A stretch of 64,000 bases of DNA from an uncultured candidate division Zixibacteria bacterium (GTDB lineage: Bacteria; Zixibacteria; MSB-5A5; GN15; FEB-12), in NCBI GenBank assembly GCA_963735035.1, contig CAVTJJ010000003.1, positions 64,001 to 128,000 on the forward strand, in the 5' to 3' direction. Every line of letters begins with the position of its first letter. Position 1 is the first letter of the stretch. The translations under genes were made by a program, and so were the position numbers. A model generated the notes under the pieces. It was not told the DNA's origin. It saw only the letters and a list, made by a program, of their open reading frames with translations, and ran no database searches. Shown piece by piece: positions 9,520 to 19,879 of this stretch.

Positions 9520-11526
9520 CTATCGAACTCGGGCCGGCAGAATCACCAGGGTATGTTCGGTCAACTGAAGCCTTCTCTGCAAGGCGAAAGCGGTTTCGTT
9601 GTGCAGGATCGCCTGATACCAGCGTTCACGCTGGAAGACCAATTGTCCGGCAAAGAATGTCACGCGAGGGAACTCTCTGGTGACAGACAGGCAGAGTTTC
9701 TCTAGTTCTTCCACTACGTCGGTTCCAACCATCATGCGACTCGTGGCTTTCATCCCCTGACCTTCCATCATGCCTACATACTTGTCGAGCTCCGTTTGCG
9801 TTCGAAGTTGAAGTTGATCAAGGGGATCCTGCCCTCCTATTGATGAAGAATCAACGATCCCGACTGAAAGGAAGACGATCCCCCTGAACTGGTTCGGGAA
9901 ACTCCTCAACGCAGCGAGAGTAGTATGAATACCGAGGCCGCTGTATCCTCCGACCAGCACCGCCGCCACCGGCTTTGAGGGATCGACTGGGCCGGGAGGG
10001 ACATCGGTAACTGGTGGTATATCATGCAGGGCGGAATACAGCGAGGCCAGCTTGGCGTTGATGGTGCGGTAGTGACGTTTGATCAAGAAGCACAAGCCCA
10101 CCACAGTCGCCGTAATTACCAGCGTCACCCACCCGCCTTCGCTGAATTTCTCGTAAGTAGTGACTCCCAGAATTGTCGCACAAAAGACAAAACCTATGCC
10201 GAACAGCAGAAGTCGTCGTTTCCAAGATTCACCACTCGCCCGTTTGCTCACATAGTGGCGGGACATTCCGAACATTGACAGAGAAAACGTCAGGAACACG
10301 TTGATACTGTACATGACTACGAGGTGAGACACCTTACCCTTGGTGTACAAAAGCGCCAGGAGTGCGGCTGCCCCCATGAGCACGATACCGTTTTGGGTAG
10401 TCAAACGATCAGACAGGGTAGCAAACCGGCGAGGCAGCCAGGCGTCAGCGGCCATATTGGACAGCACGCGGGGGCCATCGATAAATCCAGCCTGGGCGGC
10501 CACCACCAGCAGTAAACCCTCTGACAACAGGGTCACAACGACAAAGGCACTCCCCAAAGACAACCCGCCCGCAACCCGATCAGCCAGAACGGCGTTGAGC
10601 GTCTTACCTTCGACCACGTTGACACTCCAGAGGAGATAGCAAACGCACAACCCCCCGGCCGTTAGGGCTAGTGAAATTGCCATGTAGATCATGGTCCGTT
10701 TGGCTGTCTTGACCCTGGGTTCTCGCATGATCGGCAGACCGTTTGAAACCGCCTCAATGCCGGTATAGGTCCCGCCACCCAGCGAATAGGCGTGTAGCAG
10801 TAAAGCAATCATGCCACCGAAGCCGAGAACTGTGAGTCCATTATCAAAACCGCTTTTGGCATTGCTGACAGCGGCCGGCAGTTGCGCTGCATGGACTATA
10901 AAGCCACCACCGATGAGTACAATGTGTGTAGCCAAGAATACCAGGAAGACGGGCAATAACACCATAATCGATTCTTTGACTCCCCGGATATTCAAGGCAG
11001 TCAGGGCGATGATCAGAAAGACTTCCACCCCCAGTTTCATTCCGTGCCATTCGGGGGGGAGAAAACTGAAGATAGCGTCTCCGGCCGCCGCAATCGAAAC
11101 AGTGATTGTCAGGACATAATCGACCAACAACGCGGAACCGGAAATAACACCAACCTTCTCACCCAGAAGCGAGGTAGCCACAATGTAACCGCCACCGCCG
11201 TGAGGAAACTGCTCTATAATGTGGCTGTAGCAAGTCGAGATGAGGAGAATCGTCACGGCCGTCATCAACGCTATCGGGATAGCCAGGTAGGTGTGCTCGC
11301 CGAGAGCTTTGAACGCTTCTTCCGGGCCGTATGACGACGACGACAACCCGTCGGCCCCCAACCCAACCCAGGCAAAGAAAGCGATTACAGATAAACGATG
11401 AAATATCCCCCGGTCCGACAGATCGCGGGCCGGGCCAAACAGAAATCGTTTTGCGCGACTAAGAAATGGAATGTCTTCCGGACCGTCCGGACTCGGACTT
11501 CCACCGGGTTCAACTGAAGCACCCAT
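9520..11526 (-). CDS. kimA: KimA/YdaO-like APC-family K+ transporter
   Basis: DGLSSSSYGPEE, LLVDYVLT, TGIEAVSNG and a cytoplasmic tail with LHNETAFALQRRL; upstream c-di-AMP riboswitch. Confidence 0.8.
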   Translation of the reverse strand: MGASVEPGGSPSPDGPEDIPFLSRAKRFLFGPARDLSDRGIFHRLSVIAFFAWVGLGADGLSSSSYGPEEAFKALGEHTYLAIPIALMTAVTILLISTCYSHIIEQFPHGGGGYIVATSLLGEKVGVISGSALLVDYVLTITVSIAAAGDAIFSFLPPEWHGMKLGVEVFLIIALTALNIRGVKESIMVLLPVFLVFLATHIVLIGGGFIVHAAQLPAAVSNAKSGFDNGLTVLGFGGMIALLLHAYSLGGGTYTGIEAVSNGLPIMREPRVKTAKRTMIYMAISLALTAGGLCVCYLLWSVNVVEGKTLNAVLADRVAGGLSLGSAFVVVTLLSEGLLLVVAAQAGFIDGPRVLSNMAADAWLPRRFATLSDRLTTQNGIVLMGAAALLALLYTKGKVSHLVVMYSINVFLTFSLSMFGMSRHYVSKRASGESWKRRLLLFGIGFVFCATILGVTTYEKFSEGGWVTLVITATVVGLCFLIKRHYRTINAKLASLYSALHDIPPVTDVPPGPVDPSKPVAAVLVGGYSGLGIHTTLAALRSFPNQFRGIVFLSVGIVDSSSIGGQDPLDQLQLRTQTELDKYVGMMEGQGMKATSRMMVGTDVVEELEKLCLSVTREFPRVTFFAGQLVFQRERWYQAILHNETAFALQRRLQLTEHTLVILPARVR

Positions 11527-11582
11527 ACAGGTCTCCGCCTCAAATTTTGTTGGAGAGCTGCCTCACATGTCCGGCTGAGTCT

Positions 11583-11706
11583 CTCCTTCGACGCCTACGA
11601 GGTTAGCTGACGGGCTCGAACCGAAGGAATTGTCCTACGCCCTTACGGCGATGCGCCCCGTGAAACTGGGTCCCCCGTTCCCGCTCTAGCGGGATTCGGC
11701 GTTTTG
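11583..11706 (-). ncRNA. c-di-AMP (ydaO/yuaA) riboswitch
   Basis: The minus strand reads cgccgaatcc...gggaacggggga-ccca...ggggcgcatc...cgagcccgtcagctaacctcgtaggc, which are hallmark segments of the ydaO-yuaA aptamer, directly upstream of a kimA-like gene. Confidence 0.9.
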
Positions 11707-11714
11707 CACCGGGG

Positions 11715-11742
11715 ACAATAGCACAAAAAACAATTATGTCAA
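11715..11742 (-). promoter_or_regulatory. Sigma70-type promoter for the riboswitch-kimA transcript
   Basis: Minus strand TTGACA-16 nt-TATTGT with an extended TGn, ending about 8 nt before the aptamer. Confidence 0.6.
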
Positions 11743-11894
11743 GGCTTTGTCTTGGGGGTTTAAGTTCTTAGATAACAACGAAATGACGCAGGTGCCCACC
11801 GCTTGCGGTGGGTGAAGATTGGGAACTGCTGTCCCTTAGCTTTCTTCGCAATTGCTTGGTGATAGTTTTATAGGCAGAATTTGTTGGCGGCTCT

Positions 11895-12656
11895 TCATCC
11901 CCTCTTCTCGTCCTCATAGTAGCTGTGCCGCCACTCTATGTGACGACTCAAACCCTCAAGATCCGGGTAAATAGTTGAGGTGTTCACCCCGAGAATGTGC
12001 AACTGCTTCCTAATGCTACTAAAGGCCCCGTGAGGAATAACGATCTTGAGAAGTTTTCGCGAAAACAAGTCGTTGTTCTCTAATGGAAGTGGCCCGCCCC
12101 GACGACCAATCTGATGAACCGTGAAGACAGCCGCTTGCGCTGATATCCTTGGTGTGACCAGTCGAGGACGATATAGCCTTGTCTTCTTATTCGAAAACGG
12201 ACCAATTGCGTCGGTGTCTTCGCGATAATCTTCCATAGTAGGTTTCAAGATCCAAAGGACTCCATTCCTGATCTCGCTTGTCCCCTCTTTCCTCTTTGGT
12301 GGCTTGCTGACAGCGAACCACATACCGATTAGTGCACTATAAGTCCAGTCCAAAAGTCGCGTGGGGAGTCCGAAATGCTGAGCAAGCGACAGTATATCCC
12401 ATTCATCATCCATTTTATACGACGAGTGCGCCACACTAGTCCTCTTAAACTCCTTTACTATCAGTGTTTCGATTTTCTCAATTTCCCCCCTGAGTCTTAG
12501 CCTTGCCAGCCTAGGCTGAAGCGATTCATCGGTCCGCTGACCCCGAAACAAGAAATCGGTCTTGTTGCCCAACTTTTCAGACGATTTCTTCTCGTCACGA
12601 ACAAGCGAGACAAACTGCTGCAAGTCTCTGACAACCTCTTCACTGTATTTCGGCAA
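11895..12656 (-). CDS. FRG domain-containing protein
   Basis: LFRGQ, LAQHFGLPTRLLDWT and RISAQAAVFT. Confidence 0.92.
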   Translation of the reverse strand: MPKYSEEVVRDLQQFVSLVRDEKKSSEKLGNKTDFLFRGQRTDESLQPRLARLRLRGEIEKIETLIVKEFKRTSVAHSSYKMDDEWDILSLAQHFGLPTRLLDWTYSALIGMWFAVSKPPKRKEGTSEIRNGVLWILKPTMEDYREDTDAIGPFSNKKTRLYRPRLVTPRISAQAAVFTVHQIGRRGGPLPLENNDLFSRKLLKIVIPHGAFSSIRKQLHILGVNTSTIYPDLEGLSRHIEWRHSYYEDEKRG

Positions 12657-12786
12657 GGTTAGTCTCCATCATCTGAAGCGTTATAACCATCCACCTTACA
12701 TCTCATTAGTAAGGTCCCTTGCGGTTGTAGTTCGCGGGGGGGGGGCGGCGGCAGACCTCATGTACGATAGCAGGGCACCTTGCGGA

Positions 12787-13479
12787 TCAGGGACCTACTG
12801 AGACATCTTGGACTTCAAACCAGAACGTGTACTCATTCACAATGCCTTCTATTTCCAGAGGAAGGAGAAGCCCGAATCGCTTTCCCTTGTTTACTACAAT
12901 TTCCTTCGTCCAAGCGTTAACCGCTGCCGAATCACCCGAGATTATGTTGCGAGATCCTGGCAAAATCAGGGAGGATTCTTCCCAACCACCCGGGGTAGAA
13001 AAATACTGTGAATAGTAACCTTCGCGATAGTAGACGCGTTCTGTGGGCACAACAAAATCCGTGAGACTTTTCTCACTAGGAACCACGCTTGGAGGTTGAG
13101 AGGCATTTCTGTCAATATACTTGACGCCTTCGTGAGTGACTCGACCTGACTGGCCTTCCATGTCGATGAAGGCAGCTTCATCCCAAATGATCTTTATAGA
13201 CCGATCGGTCTTGTTCGTCAAAGTGAAGTTGATTCTCGAACTTGTCACATAGAACTGCCCGTTGAACAGGCCATCTTCGTAAACGAAGCTCTTATCGGGA
13301 CCCGGCTTGATCGTAACTTCTGAACCGTAGTGTTCTTTGGTGGTTTCTTGTCGATCAACTTCTACAAGCGCCGAACTATAGTATGCCCTGACCAGCCGAG
13401 AACCGATCCCCCCGCAACCCATCGCAGTCACCGTACACAAGAAACAGGTCAATATGAAGCTCAAGTTATTGTTTCGCAC
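12787..13479 (-). CDS. Hypothetical lipoprotein
   Basis: Hydrophobic N-terminus with a lipobox-like AMGC; beta-rich body (LTNKTDRSIKIIWDEAAFID). Confidence 0.65.
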   Translation of the reverse strand: MRNNNLSFILTCFLCTVTAMGCGGIGSRLVRAYYSSALVEVDRQETTKEHYGSEVTIKPGPDKSFVYEDGLFNGQFYVTSSRINFTLTNKTDRSIKIIWDEAAFIDMEGQSGRVTHEGVKYIDRNASQPPSVVPSEKSLTDFVVPTERVYYREGYYSQYFSTPGGWEESSLILPGSRNIISGDSAAVNAWTKEIVVNKGKRFGLLLPLEIEGIVNEYTFWFEVQDVSVGP

Positions 13480-13807
13480 AAGTCACTCCTTGTACTTGAA
13501 GGGTTCGCTGGGCTATCCATTTGTCGACCATGCTCTCGCACTTCCCGATTTCGCCCCGAACATCCGGACAGGTCGGCGAACGTGGCCTCACGCGCTAACG
13601 GGCAAGCAGCCGACCATGCCTTGTGAAGTTCTCGTTCTACGACCTAAGGATCGTTTCATCGTCTTCGCTTAACTGGCGAACCTCTTTCGATAAACGAAGA
13701 TTGCGCGTTGCCGTCCCATGTTTCACAACAAATTCGATAAGATCATATCACCGTCTATCGATTATGTCAACACCAAAACACTTAGTCGAAACCACAGGGG
13801 TTTCGAC

Positions 13808-15318
13808 CTACTTGGCCTTCTCCGCCGCTTCGTTCATCTTCCGCAGTGAACTGTGGTGTCGGCTATAGAAGAAATAGATAGCGAAGCCTATCGGCCAGCC
13901 ACACGAACAGCCGCAGCCAGTTCTCCACGGGAAGCGAGAACATCAGCAAGAGGCACGAGAGTATGCCGAGAATCGGAATCCACGGGAAGAACGGCGTGCG
14001 GAATGGCCGCGCGGCATTCGGTTCCTTATAGCGCATGATCAGCACCGCCGCACAGACAATTATGAACGCCAGCAGCGTGCCAATATTCACGAGTTCCGCC
14101 AGAATGCGCAAGGGCAACAGCGCCGCCATAGTAGCTACGAAGAGTCCCGTCAGAATGGTCGACTTCCACGGCGTCCGGAAGCGCTCGTGAATGGCCCCGA
14201 AAAAGCTCTTCGGCACCATGCCGTCGCGCGCCATCGCCAGCATTACGCGCGGCTGACTGAGCATCATGACTAACAAAACCGATGTAATCCCCGCAATCGC
14301 ACCGAGCGAAATAATGAACTGAGCCCAGGGCAAGCCGACTTGCGCGAAAGCGTTTGAAACCGGTGCGTTGATGTCGATCTTGTCATACGGCACCATCCCG
14401 GTGAGTACCAGCGATACCGCCAGGTAGAGTACCGTGCACACCAGCAGCGATGATATAATGCCTATCGGTACGTCTCTGGCGGGGTTCTTAGCTTCCTCGG
14501 CGTGGGTCGATACCGAATCGAAGCCGATGTAGGCGAAGAATATTGTAGCCGCCCCGGCCAGCATCCCCAGTGCTGTGCCGTCGGGAGCGGTCTGCCCGAA
14601 TAGCGTGTGGCCGAAGAAATTGATCCCGCCATAGCCGAACGGCGCAAATGGCTTCCAGTTATCAGGATTTATGTAAAAGGCCCCTACACCTATCACCATA
14701 AACACCACGGCCAGCTTGATGGCTACTATGGTGGCGTTGAAGGTGGCGCTTTCGCGGATCCCCTTGACGAGAATGACCGTAACGATGGCGGTGATGACAA
14801 TGGCCGGCAAGGTCGATCACCGTCCCGGTCCTTATGAATGTTCCGGCGCTGGTGTCGTAGTCAAACGGCGCCAGCGTGAGCGCATGTGGAATCGTTAGCC
14901 CGAATATCCCTATGAAGTCCTGGAAATAGTGTGACCAGCCATGCGCGACAGTCGCGGAACTCACCGAATATTCAAGCACCAGGTCCCAGCCGATGATCCA
15001 GGCGAAAAGTTCGCCCAGCGTGGCATAGGCATAGGTGTACGCTGATCCCGCTACCGGAACCATCGACGCGAACTCCGCATAGCAGAGCGCGGCGAATACA
15101 CAGGCCAGGCCGGCGGCTACGAACGAAAGTGTTAGAGCCGGGCCGGCTTTATCGTGCGCGGCGATGCCTGTCAGCACAAAGATACCGGTCCCGATGATGG
15201 CGCCGATACCGAGACTGGATAGCGTCACCGGGCCCAGAATGCGACGGAGCCGGTTCTCGCCTTTCATTTCTTCCAAGAGCAGACTGAGCGGTTTCCTGGC
15301 GAAAAGAGGGTTTCCCAT
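13808..15318 (-). pseudogene. APC amino acid permease (YfnA/CAT-like) with two +1 frameshifts as assembled (likely sequencing errors)
   Basis: GIGAIIGTGIF, SGSAY-like VAGSAYTY and FFAYIGFD. Removing one base at ~14810 and one at ~13893 gives a continuous protein ending ...IGFAIYFFYSRHHSSLRKMNEAAEKAK, stop at 13808. Confidence 0.85.
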
Positions 15319-15468
15319 TAGCTAGTTCCTGTTATTTGGATTTGATGCGGTGGTCAGTTTAATCATCGCTATCCGATCACGGGTGGGCGTCCGGGCGCCC
15401 GGAATGCGTGTGAATCTAGGTCAGCTCAGAGCGCAACGCAAGGTAAAACCCGGAGAGGTTTCTTCTCC

Positions 15469-15620
15469 GTGGGCGGCAGACCTCCTGGTCTGCCCCACAG
15501 TCGGGGCACACGAGGATCCGCCGCGGCGGACCGCCCACCTCAAGAGCGACCTCAAATCCCGGTCGGCGGCTTTGCTGGCCGACTCAGACTAGTGCCCGGC
15601 AGATGTCCACATCTGCCGGC
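15469..15620. repeat. REP cluster (GTGG doublet plus a GTGC-type REP)
   Basis: gtgggcggcagacctcctggtctgcc...accgcccac and gtgcccggcagatgtccacatctgccggc. Confidence 0.75.
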
Positions 15621-15645
15621 TCGTAATGATACAGCCGATACGACC

Positions 15646-17139
15646 TCAAATCCCGGTAGGCGGCTGTGCGGCCGACTCCGTCTCCAGGCGGCTCTTCCTG
15701 AAACCATAGAAGAAATATATGACCGCGCCGATCGCCAGCCAGATGAAGAATCGGAACCAGGTGATCTTGTCCAGACCGAACATCAGCCAGATACAGAACA
15801 GGATGCCCAGTATCGGTGTCACAATCCCCCCCGGAACCTTGAACGGCCGCTCCCGGTGTGGATCGGTGAACCGAAGCACGATCACCCCTCCGCACGCCAG
15901 CACAAAGGCGAACAGGGTCCCGATATTGCACAGGTTAGCCATCTCGTCGATATTGCAGAAGGCCGCCAGAATCGCCACCACCGCGCCGGTCCAGATCGTG
16001 GTAATGTGCGGGGTCTTGAATTTCGGATGAACCCTGGCGAAATATTTCGGCAGGAGGCCGTCGCGACTCATCGAGAAGAAGATTCTCGGCTGACCCATCT
16101 GGAAAACCAGCAGCACGGCCGTGTGCGCCACCACCGATCCGAGCGAGACCAGAGCAACAACCCAGGTAGCGACGTTATTGTATTCGAGACCGGCCACCAG
16201 CGGTTCGGCGATCTTGGCGCGCAATTCCTGAAACGGAATCATGCCGGTCAGCGTGATAGTCACCAGAATATAGATGACCGTACAGATCGCCAGCGACCCG
16301 ATGATGCCTCGCGGCATGTCTCGTTTGGGGTCGCGGGTCTCCTCCGCGACGGTTGATATGGCGTCAAAGCCGATATAGGCGAAAAAGACCGTGGCCGCCC
16401 CTACCTGAATCCCCCGCCACCCACCGGGAGCGAACGGAGTCCAGTTCTCCGCCTTGAAAAAGTAAAGCCCGACCCCGATGAACAGTGCCAGCACGGCCAG
16501 CTTTACCATGACCATCATGTCATTAAACCGGGAGCTTTCGCGAATGCCTATGACGAGTATCACGGTTATGAACGCCACGATCAGCACCGCCGGGAGATTG
16601 AAGATAATCGGCACCCCGAATAGATGCGGCACGGTCGCGAAGTCGAGTCCCTTCTCCGCGAAAGTTCGGTAGTCGAGCCGAAGCCAATACGGGATATCAA
16701 TTCCGATCGAGTTACGCAGAAAATCGTTGAAATACCCCGACCAACTTATTGCTACCGCCACGTTGCCGATGGCATATTCGATAATCAAGTCCCACCCTAT
16801 GATCCAGGCGACCAGTTCGCCCATCGTAGCATAAGCGTAGGTATAGGCGCTGCCCGAAATGGGCACCATCGCGGCCAGCTCCGCATAGCAGAGAGCACAG
16901 AAACCGCAGGCGATAGCGGTAATAAGAAACGAGATCAGCAGGGCCGGCCCTGCGGGGTAGCCGGAAGATGCCCCGACTGCGGCTTCGCCGACCATCGCGA
17001 AAATCCCCGCGCCGATAATGGCGCCGATACCGATCATGGTGACGTCGAACGAGCCGAGCACTCGCTTCAACTGACCTTTGTCGCCGGTTGACTGAGCCAG
17101 GAGAGAATCGACGGACTTGCGGCGGAAGATATGACCCAT
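15646..17139 (-). CDS. APC amino acid permease (paralog of the adjacent gene)
   Basis: GIGAIIGAGIF, ISGSAYTY, FFAYIGFDA and RPFKVP. Likely start is MGHIFRRK at 17139. Confidence 0.92.
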   Translation of the reverse strand: MGHIFRRKSVDSLLAQSTGDKGQLKRVLGSFDVTMIGIGAIIGAGIFAMVGEAAVGASSGYPAGPALLISFLITAIACGFCALCYAELAAMVPISGSAYTYAYATMGELVAWIIGWDLIIEYAIGNVAVAISWSGYFNDFLRNSIGIDIPYWLRLDYRTFAEKGLDFATVPHLFGVPIIFNLPAVLIVAFITVILVIGIRESSRFNDMMVMVKLAVLALFIGVGLYFFKAENWTPFAPGGWRGIQVGAATVFFAYIGFDAISTVAEETRDPKRDMPRGIIGSLAICTVIYILVTITLTGMIPFQELRAKIAEPLVAGLEYNNVATWVVALVSLGSVVAHTAVLLVFQMGQPRIFFSMSRDGLLPKYFARVHPKFKTPHITTIWTGAVVAILAAFCNIDEMANLCNIGTLFAFVLACGGVIVLRFTDPHRERPFKVPGGIVTPILGILFCIWLMFGLDKITWFRFFIWLAIGAVIYFFYGFRKSRLETESAAQPPTGI

Positions 17140-17215
17140 GGGCGTACCTTTCAATAAAAACGCCGCATGATAGTAGTTCAGTCCGACGGAATCAACAAAA
17201 GGTGTTGCGAGATCA

Positions 17216-17613
17216 GTCGGCCCGGCACCGTGCCCGGCAGATGCCCACATCTGCCGACTTGCCAGATTGCAGGTGGGTGGACCGCCCTATGGGGGGGATC
17301 TCTTACGTGCTCGGTTCGCCTCGGCGAACCCACATCCGCCGGATTGAAATGTTGCGTCAGGTCTTGTCCCTGGCCCACCGGAGGTGGGGCAGGGATGTGA
17401 CCTGACGCGTTGACGTGTAGACATGCTTGGCAGAACACAAGGGGTTCTGCCTTTCGAAATCTCATGGGTGCCCCGCCTAAAGCGGGGCAAGACAGGTTTC
17501 GCGGCAGGTGGGCGGCAGAGCCTGCCCCCGACTTGATCGGGGATCCTAGTCTGCCCCATCGTTGTGTGGCAGTACCACAAGGGCCTGCTCGCCGTGGCGA
17601 GGTTCTGCCCTAC
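17216..17613. repeat. Mosaic of multiple REP-like palindromes
   Basis: Contains the GTGC REP, ggcagaacacaaggggttctgcc, ccccgcctaaagcgggg, gcccccgacttgatcgggg and ggttctgccctac; each recurs elsewhere in the window. Confidence 0.75.
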
Positions 17614-17633
17614 GGTTCATCCCCCGGCGTTGA

Positions 17634-18392
17634 TCATGTGTGTCGAAGTCGCCGCCGAAACTCGCGGATTTCGTCGATGTCCAGCGTGACTGTCAGAATG
17701 CGCTCATTCGATTCCTGGTCGAATTCGATCCGGCTAAGCACACCCCAGGGGGCCGCCACAAGCGATCTCCCCTGTAGCGGTTTGCCGAAGATCGTCCCGA
17801 CCCCGCAGGTCTTCACTACGAAAGCCCCGGCAATTCGAGCGCCATCGACAAAATACCGCCGATCCCGCTCATTCTTGGAGGGTATGGTATCATTCGGACG
17901 ATATGGCGACGTGGTCGGGACGAATATGATGTCGACCTCGGCCTGGCGCATTTCCTGGTACATCTCCGGGAAGAAGACATCTCCGCAGATCATAATCCCG
18001 ATTCGGACCCCGTCTTGTTCTATTACCAGATTGTCAGTCCCAGGTTCGATACCCTTCGCGCGCTCGCCGTCCACGGGATACCGTTTGCGGTACTTGCCGC
18101 GCATCCAGCCGGAATTGAAGACCGGGCAGACATTGTGCAGCCGGTCCTGATCGACCTCGACGACCGTCCCCCCGACCAGACAGGTGTCTAGTTCTTCCGA
18201 GAGACGGCCGAGGTAATGCAGGTAGTCCTGATAATTCAGCGCTGCCCGGTGAAAATCAGTGATAGAGTCATCGAGCAGCCAGTATTCAGGGAGAGCGACA
18301 AGATCGGGCCGCTGCTTGAAGATCTGGATCATGTCGGGCAGACCGAGCTGTTTGCCCATCCGGGCCTGAACGGCGACGACTCTTACCAGCAT
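17634..18392 (-). CDS. Carbon-nitrogen hydrolase (nitrilase superfamily)
   Basis: E-K-C triad in LPEYW, YRKRYP and MICGDVFFPE; GRSLVAAPWG. Confidence 0.92.
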   Translation of the reverse strand: MLVRVVAVQARMGKQLGLPDMIQIFKQRPDLVALPEYWLLDDSITDFHRAALNYQDYLHYLGRLSEELDTCLVGGTVVEVDQDRLHNVCPVFNSGWMRGKYRKRYPVDGERAKGIEPGTDNLVIEQDGVRIGIMICGDVFFPEMYQEMRQAEVDIIFVPTTSPYRPNDTIPSKNERDRRYFVDGARIAGAFVVKTCGVGTIFGKPLQGRSLVAAPWGVLSRIEFDQESNERILTVTLDIDEIREFRRRLRHT

Positions 18393-18468
18393 CGCTTATG
18401 TCTCTGTTGTTTAGTCACATCTGGCATACGTGTCTATGACGTGTGAGTTCCCCGGAGTGTTGGGTTAA

Positions 18469-18519
18469 GTCACCCTGAGCTAAGCCTGCCCTGAGCTTGC
18501 CGAAGGGTCGAAGGGTGAC
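18469..18519 (+). repeat. GTCACCCTGAGC...GTCGAAGGGTGAC palindrome with a second copy nested inside
   Basis: gtcaccctgagc[taagcctgccctgagcttgccgaagg]gtcgaagggtgac; an inverted intact copy lies at 21125-21151. Confidence 0.7.
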
Positions 18520-18716
18520 ATTGAAACCACGGAACGCCATGCTTTGGCTTGCCCGGGGCGCCCAAGGGTTGTCAACTTGGTGGCCCACCGCCTGGGGCCT
18601 GTTGAAAACCCACTGAATGTTGTTGCGTCAGAGCCTGCCCCCGACTTGATCGGGGGTCCTGCGACGCCGAAGGCGGCGTGTGAGCTGACGCATTGCCGTG
18701 AACTCATATTAGATTG

Positions 18717-19697
18717 TCAGCGTCTTTGGCTGTCGCGCTGAGAAAGCAGGTCCACGGGGCGTATTACCTTCACGTAATCCAGCCAGCTTCCCACCCAGCT
18801 TCGCAGCTCGTCTGACACAATCACTCTAAGCGTCAAGGTCGCGGAGCCGTCTTTATGCCTCGTAATGCTTTGTGACGGATGCCAGACTCTTTCTGCGACA
18901 ACTTCGGCAATTGCCGGCTCGAATTTCAGAACTACCCTCTGAGGCTTAAGTCCTTCGCCGCCGAATATGCCAAGACGTCCCGAACGTAGCTTATCGAGAC
19001 TAAAATCCTTCCGGCGTCGGAACGAACTTTCAGTGATAGATAGGGAGCGAATACGCTGGATCGGGAGAAATAGAAAGTTGTCATGATAGGCCACATAGAC
19101 GACTGCGTAGAGGGCGCCTTTGTGATAGAGAATCAGGTACGGATCGGCGTCGAATTCCGAAGGGAGTCTCTTCCCCATTGTCTTATAGACAAAGCGACAG
19201 CGCTTTCGCTCCGAAATCGCGGTTATGAGTCCATCAATGGTCGCTGAATGGGGGGTATAGTCGACATGCCCCATAAACGTCACTCCGAAATAGTCGCTCG
19301 AAGAACCAAGCGAATCCGACTCATGCAGAACTTCGGTTGAAACGAACTGCTTGGCCTTCTTCAGCAACGAGCGGACATCGGTTTCAAGAGTAGTTCCTTT
19401 GGCCACGGCTGCAAGTCGCTCCAGGAAATACGAGGCCATCATTTCCCGGCTGTCGACTGTCATCGGAAGGAATTTCAAATAGGCGGAATCGATGTACCAA
19501 ACCAATTCCCGGCCCTTGCCTGATCGGGTACGAAGAGGGATATCGGCACTCGAAAGTTCGACCAGATCGCGCTGAAGAGTCCGTTTGGGAACCCCTCGAT
19601 TGAAATAGTCATACAGCGATCCGACGGTTACGTCGCGTCCGAGCGCCAGCCTCTGCAGAATCCGAATGATGCGTTCAACTTGCTTTGTCTCAGGCAT
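18717..19697 (-). CDS. HTH-WYL-WCX transcriptional regulator
   Basis: N-terminal HTH (KRTLQRDLVEL), WYL region (DPYLILYHKGALY...IQRIRSL) and WCX (ERVWHPSQ, ELRSWVGSW). Confidence 0.9.
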   Translation of the reverse strand: MPETKQVERIIRILQRLALGRDVTVGSLYDYFNRGVPKRTLQRDLVELSSADIPLRTRSGKGRELVWYIDSAYLKFLPMTVDSREMMASYFLERLAAVAKGTTLETDVRSLLKKAKQFVSTEVLHESDSLGSSSDYFGVTFMGHVDYTPHSATIDGLITAISERKRCRFVYKTMGKRLPSEFDADPYLILYHKGALYAVVYVAYHDNFLFLPIQRIRSLSITESSFRRRKDFSLDKLRSGRLGIFGGEGLKPQRVVLKFEPAIAEVVAERVWHPSQSITRHKDGSATLTLRVIVSDELRSWVGSWLDYVKVIRPVDLLSQRDSQRR

Positions 19698-19879
19698 AAG
19701 TCAGCGGTCCCTTATCGGTATCTCCGACTTGAAAGAATCCTGAAAGTTACGACATGAGGTGACGCATGGCAAAGTAAAATGCGATCAACAAGCCATGTCA
19801 GACCGGAGCCGAGATTGGTCTCGCGGTTGCCGCTATGCGGCGGAAATGAGGGCTGGTCTCAGGAAGGAATAGCTTTCAA

